Source: a virus
Length of the DNA: 64,000 nt
Strand: one strand, 5' to 3'
Virus record (IMG/VR): IMGVR_UViG_3300044691_000355
Location: 1 to 64,000 of that record
How positions within the stretch are numbered: position 1 is the stretch's first letter; every line of letters begins with the position of its first letter. Position numbers and translations under genes: made by a program. Of this stretch, positions 62,434 to 64,000 are shown in pieces. The notes under the pieces are model-generated. The model was not told the origin of the DNA. It did not search any database and saw nothing but the letters and a program-made list of their open reading frames with translations.

Positions 62434-63043
62434 TTTCGACGAGGCAACACACACCTACCGCGATTCGCGCGGTGTGGTGGTGCCTGGCGTCACCTCGGTG
62501 CTGGAGCCCTTGCAGTTGTACGACTGGGAGGACAACCCCTTCATCACCCCCGATGTGCTTCAGCGGGCGCGTGACTTCGGGCGGCACGTGCACTTAGCGG
62601 TGCACCTCTTCAATATTGGCGAGCTGATCGAGGAGGAGTTGGACCCGGCGCTGGTTCCATACCTTGCGGGCTGGAAAGCGTTTCTCTTTGAGACGGGCTG
62701 CACCATCACGCATTCCGAGCAGATCGTGCATCACAGACGCTACGGCTACGCGGGCATGCTCGATTCGCGCGGCCTTCTGTCGAAGCGGCATTGGCTTATC
62801 GATGTGAAAACGGGGAGCGTGATTCCCTGGACGGTCGGCTACCAGACGGCGGCGTATCAAGAGGCGCTGCCACCCGATGAGCGGCCGAAGAACCGGCTCG
62901 CCGTGCAGCTACTTGAGAATGGGCGATTTCGCATCCATGAGCAAAAGGATCAAGGCGATTTTCAGATTTTTTTGAGTGCGTTGAACATTTTCAAAGCGAA
63001 GGCGCGCAAAAGGGTACCTATCAATGTCAGCGAATACTGTTAG
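62414..63043 (+). CDS. PD-(D/E)xK exonuclease (Cas4/lambda exo-like)
   Basis: H.Y...PGVTSVL, G..VH, E......YAG.LD, IDVKTG, QTAAY. Confidence 0.85.
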   Translation: MSQPLLDFDEATHTYRDSRGVVVPGVTSVLEPLQLYDWEDNPFITPDVLQRARDFGRHVHLAVHLFNIGELIEEELDPALVPYLAGWKAFLFETGCTITHSEQIVHHRRYGYAGMLDSRGLLSKRHWLIDVKTGSVIPWTVGYQTAAYQEALPPDERPKNRLAVQLLENGRFRIHEQKDQGDFQIFLSALNIFKAKARKRVPINVSEYC

Positions 63044-63851
63044 AGAGCCACCTGTCAGGGTGGAACTCCACGATAAGCATGGCTATGTCGCGCCGTTCAC
63101 CCCGGACCTCGCCTCAGACCCCACGGTGGTGGCACTGCGCCCGGCCTTGGGCTCGAAGACTCTGCTGATCAAAACGGCGGACGATTACGAGTGCGCGTCC
63201 ATGGTGCTGATGCAAGTGAAGACCTCGCTCGACATCATCGAGACGGCGCGCCTGAAAATCACGGTGCCCTTGAATGCGGCCTTGAAGGCGGCGAACGAAC
63301 AGGCGCGAACGGCGAAGGCTCCGTACCTCAATGAAGAGCAGATCATCAAGACGGCGCTGCTTGCCTACGATGATATCGAGGAAGAGGCGCGCGAGGATGA
63401 GCAGCGCAAGGCCAATGCCATCGCACGGGCGGAACAGGATCGCTTGGAGGCGATTGCCGATGCGGCCCGAGAGAAAGCGGACACGGCGGCGCGCGAGCTG
63501 CGCGAACAGGCGGAGGCGGCGCAGGCCAAGGGCGATGTGCGGGCGGCCGAGAAACTTTTAGGGCGCGCCTCAACGATTGAGAGCACGGGGGAAGCCAAGG
63601 CGGACCTGTACAACGAGCGCGCGTCCCAAGTGGTTGCGATGGTCTCCAGTCGTGCACCGCCGAAGGTGACCGGCATCGCGATCCCGAAAGTCTGGGACTT
63701 CGAGGTGATGGAGGAGGACAAGGTGCCCCTCGCCTACCGCCCGGTCGATGAGACGCTGATTCGCAAAGTGGTGACGGCCTTGAAGGGCCTCACCAACATT
63801 CCCGGCGTGCGCGTGTTTGAGCGCAAGCGCATCTCGGCGGGACGCGCCTAA
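63024..63851 (+). CDS. Coiled-coil phage protein of the recombination module
   Basis: Long helical region; C-terminal W.FEV....VP..Y..DE..I.K....IPGVR. Confidence 0.7.
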   Translation: MSANTVREPPVRVELHDKHGYVAPFTPDLASDPTVVALRPALGSKTLLIKTADDYECASMVLMQVKTSLDIIETARLKITVPLNAALKAANEQARTAKAPYLNEEQIIKTALLAYDDIEEEAREDEQRKANAIARAEQDRLEAIADAAREKADTAARELREQAEAAQAKGDVRAAEKLLGRASTIESTGEAKADLYNERASQVVAMVSSRAPPKVTGIAIPKVWDFEVMEEDKVPLAYRPVDETLIRKVVTALKGLTNIPGVRVFERKRISAGRA

Positions 63852-64000
63852 ATGGGTGATGTCGCTGACATGGTGCTCGATGGCACGCTGTGCGAGGGCT
63901 GCGGCGTGTACATCGAGGGCCCGTCCGATGGCGTCCCACGCCTGTGCTCATCGTGCGATAGCGAGGGCGCGCTCGTCGAGGAGGGCTGTCCGGGGCCTGG
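63852..64000 (+). CDS. Partial Zn-ribbon protein (3' truncated)
   Basis: MG.VADM.LDG.LCE.CG...G.PR.C..C. Confidence 0.6.
   Translation, partial: MGDVADMVLDGTLCEGCGVYIEGPSDGVPRLCSSCDSEGALVEEGCPGP

Larger units (their letters stand above)
1..64000. mobile_element. Tailed phage/prophage genome segment (myovirus, temperate-type cro/cI switch)
   Basis: Terminase, portal, MuF, protease, capsid, sheath, tube, tape measure, baseplate, lysis, replication and recombination modules in phage order; no host housekeeping genes. Confidence 0.98.

Noticed and set aside
62414-63043. CRISPR cas4 gene
   Set aside because: Lacks the Fe-S cysteines and sits in a phage recombination module.

Overview
The whole window is a GC-rich tailed phage or prophage genome segment. 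It has a contractile (myovirus) tail of the DUF3383-sheath/DUF2184-capsid/DUF2213-protease type. The host is probably a Gram-negative proteobacterium, inferred from csrA, a lambda-R-type lysozyme and nested Rz/Rz1 spanins. Layout: leftward early/accessory operon (0.5-6.5 kb: CapW-like wHTH, SLOG, CsrA, triple HTH); AT-rich divergent control region (6.5-7.0 kb); rightward early operon (7.0-16.3 kb) marked by a repeated AATACTTTTA motif; a long minus-strand late region (16.3-56 kb: lysis, tail, baseplate, neck, head, fibre module, terminase, ParB/PAPS-reductase module); replication and cro/cI-like switch (56-60.5 kb); recombination genes (61-64 kb). No integrase, tRNA, rRNA or CRISPR array was seen. 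The most striking signal is a 14-aa tag, F[DN]PxxKRDxxG[RK]W[TS], present four times in three head-module proteins. Each copy precedes a non-structural domain: a catalytically intact topoisomerase IB fused to the portal, a kinase-like domain, a helical plus ADP-ribosyltransferase region, and an insert in the head protease. Acidic peptides follow the enzymes. Together this suggests a modular capsid-cargo system. Other candidates: two protamine-like peptides sharing a RGAKSS[YF] C-terminus in front of a PAPS-reductase/ParB pair; a GH71 alpha-1,3-glucanase inside the lysis cassette; a LamG/propeller/5xPASTA-baseplate wedge fusion; and phage CsrA together with a GGA-rich structured RNA. All family calls come from motif recognition by eye, not database searches.
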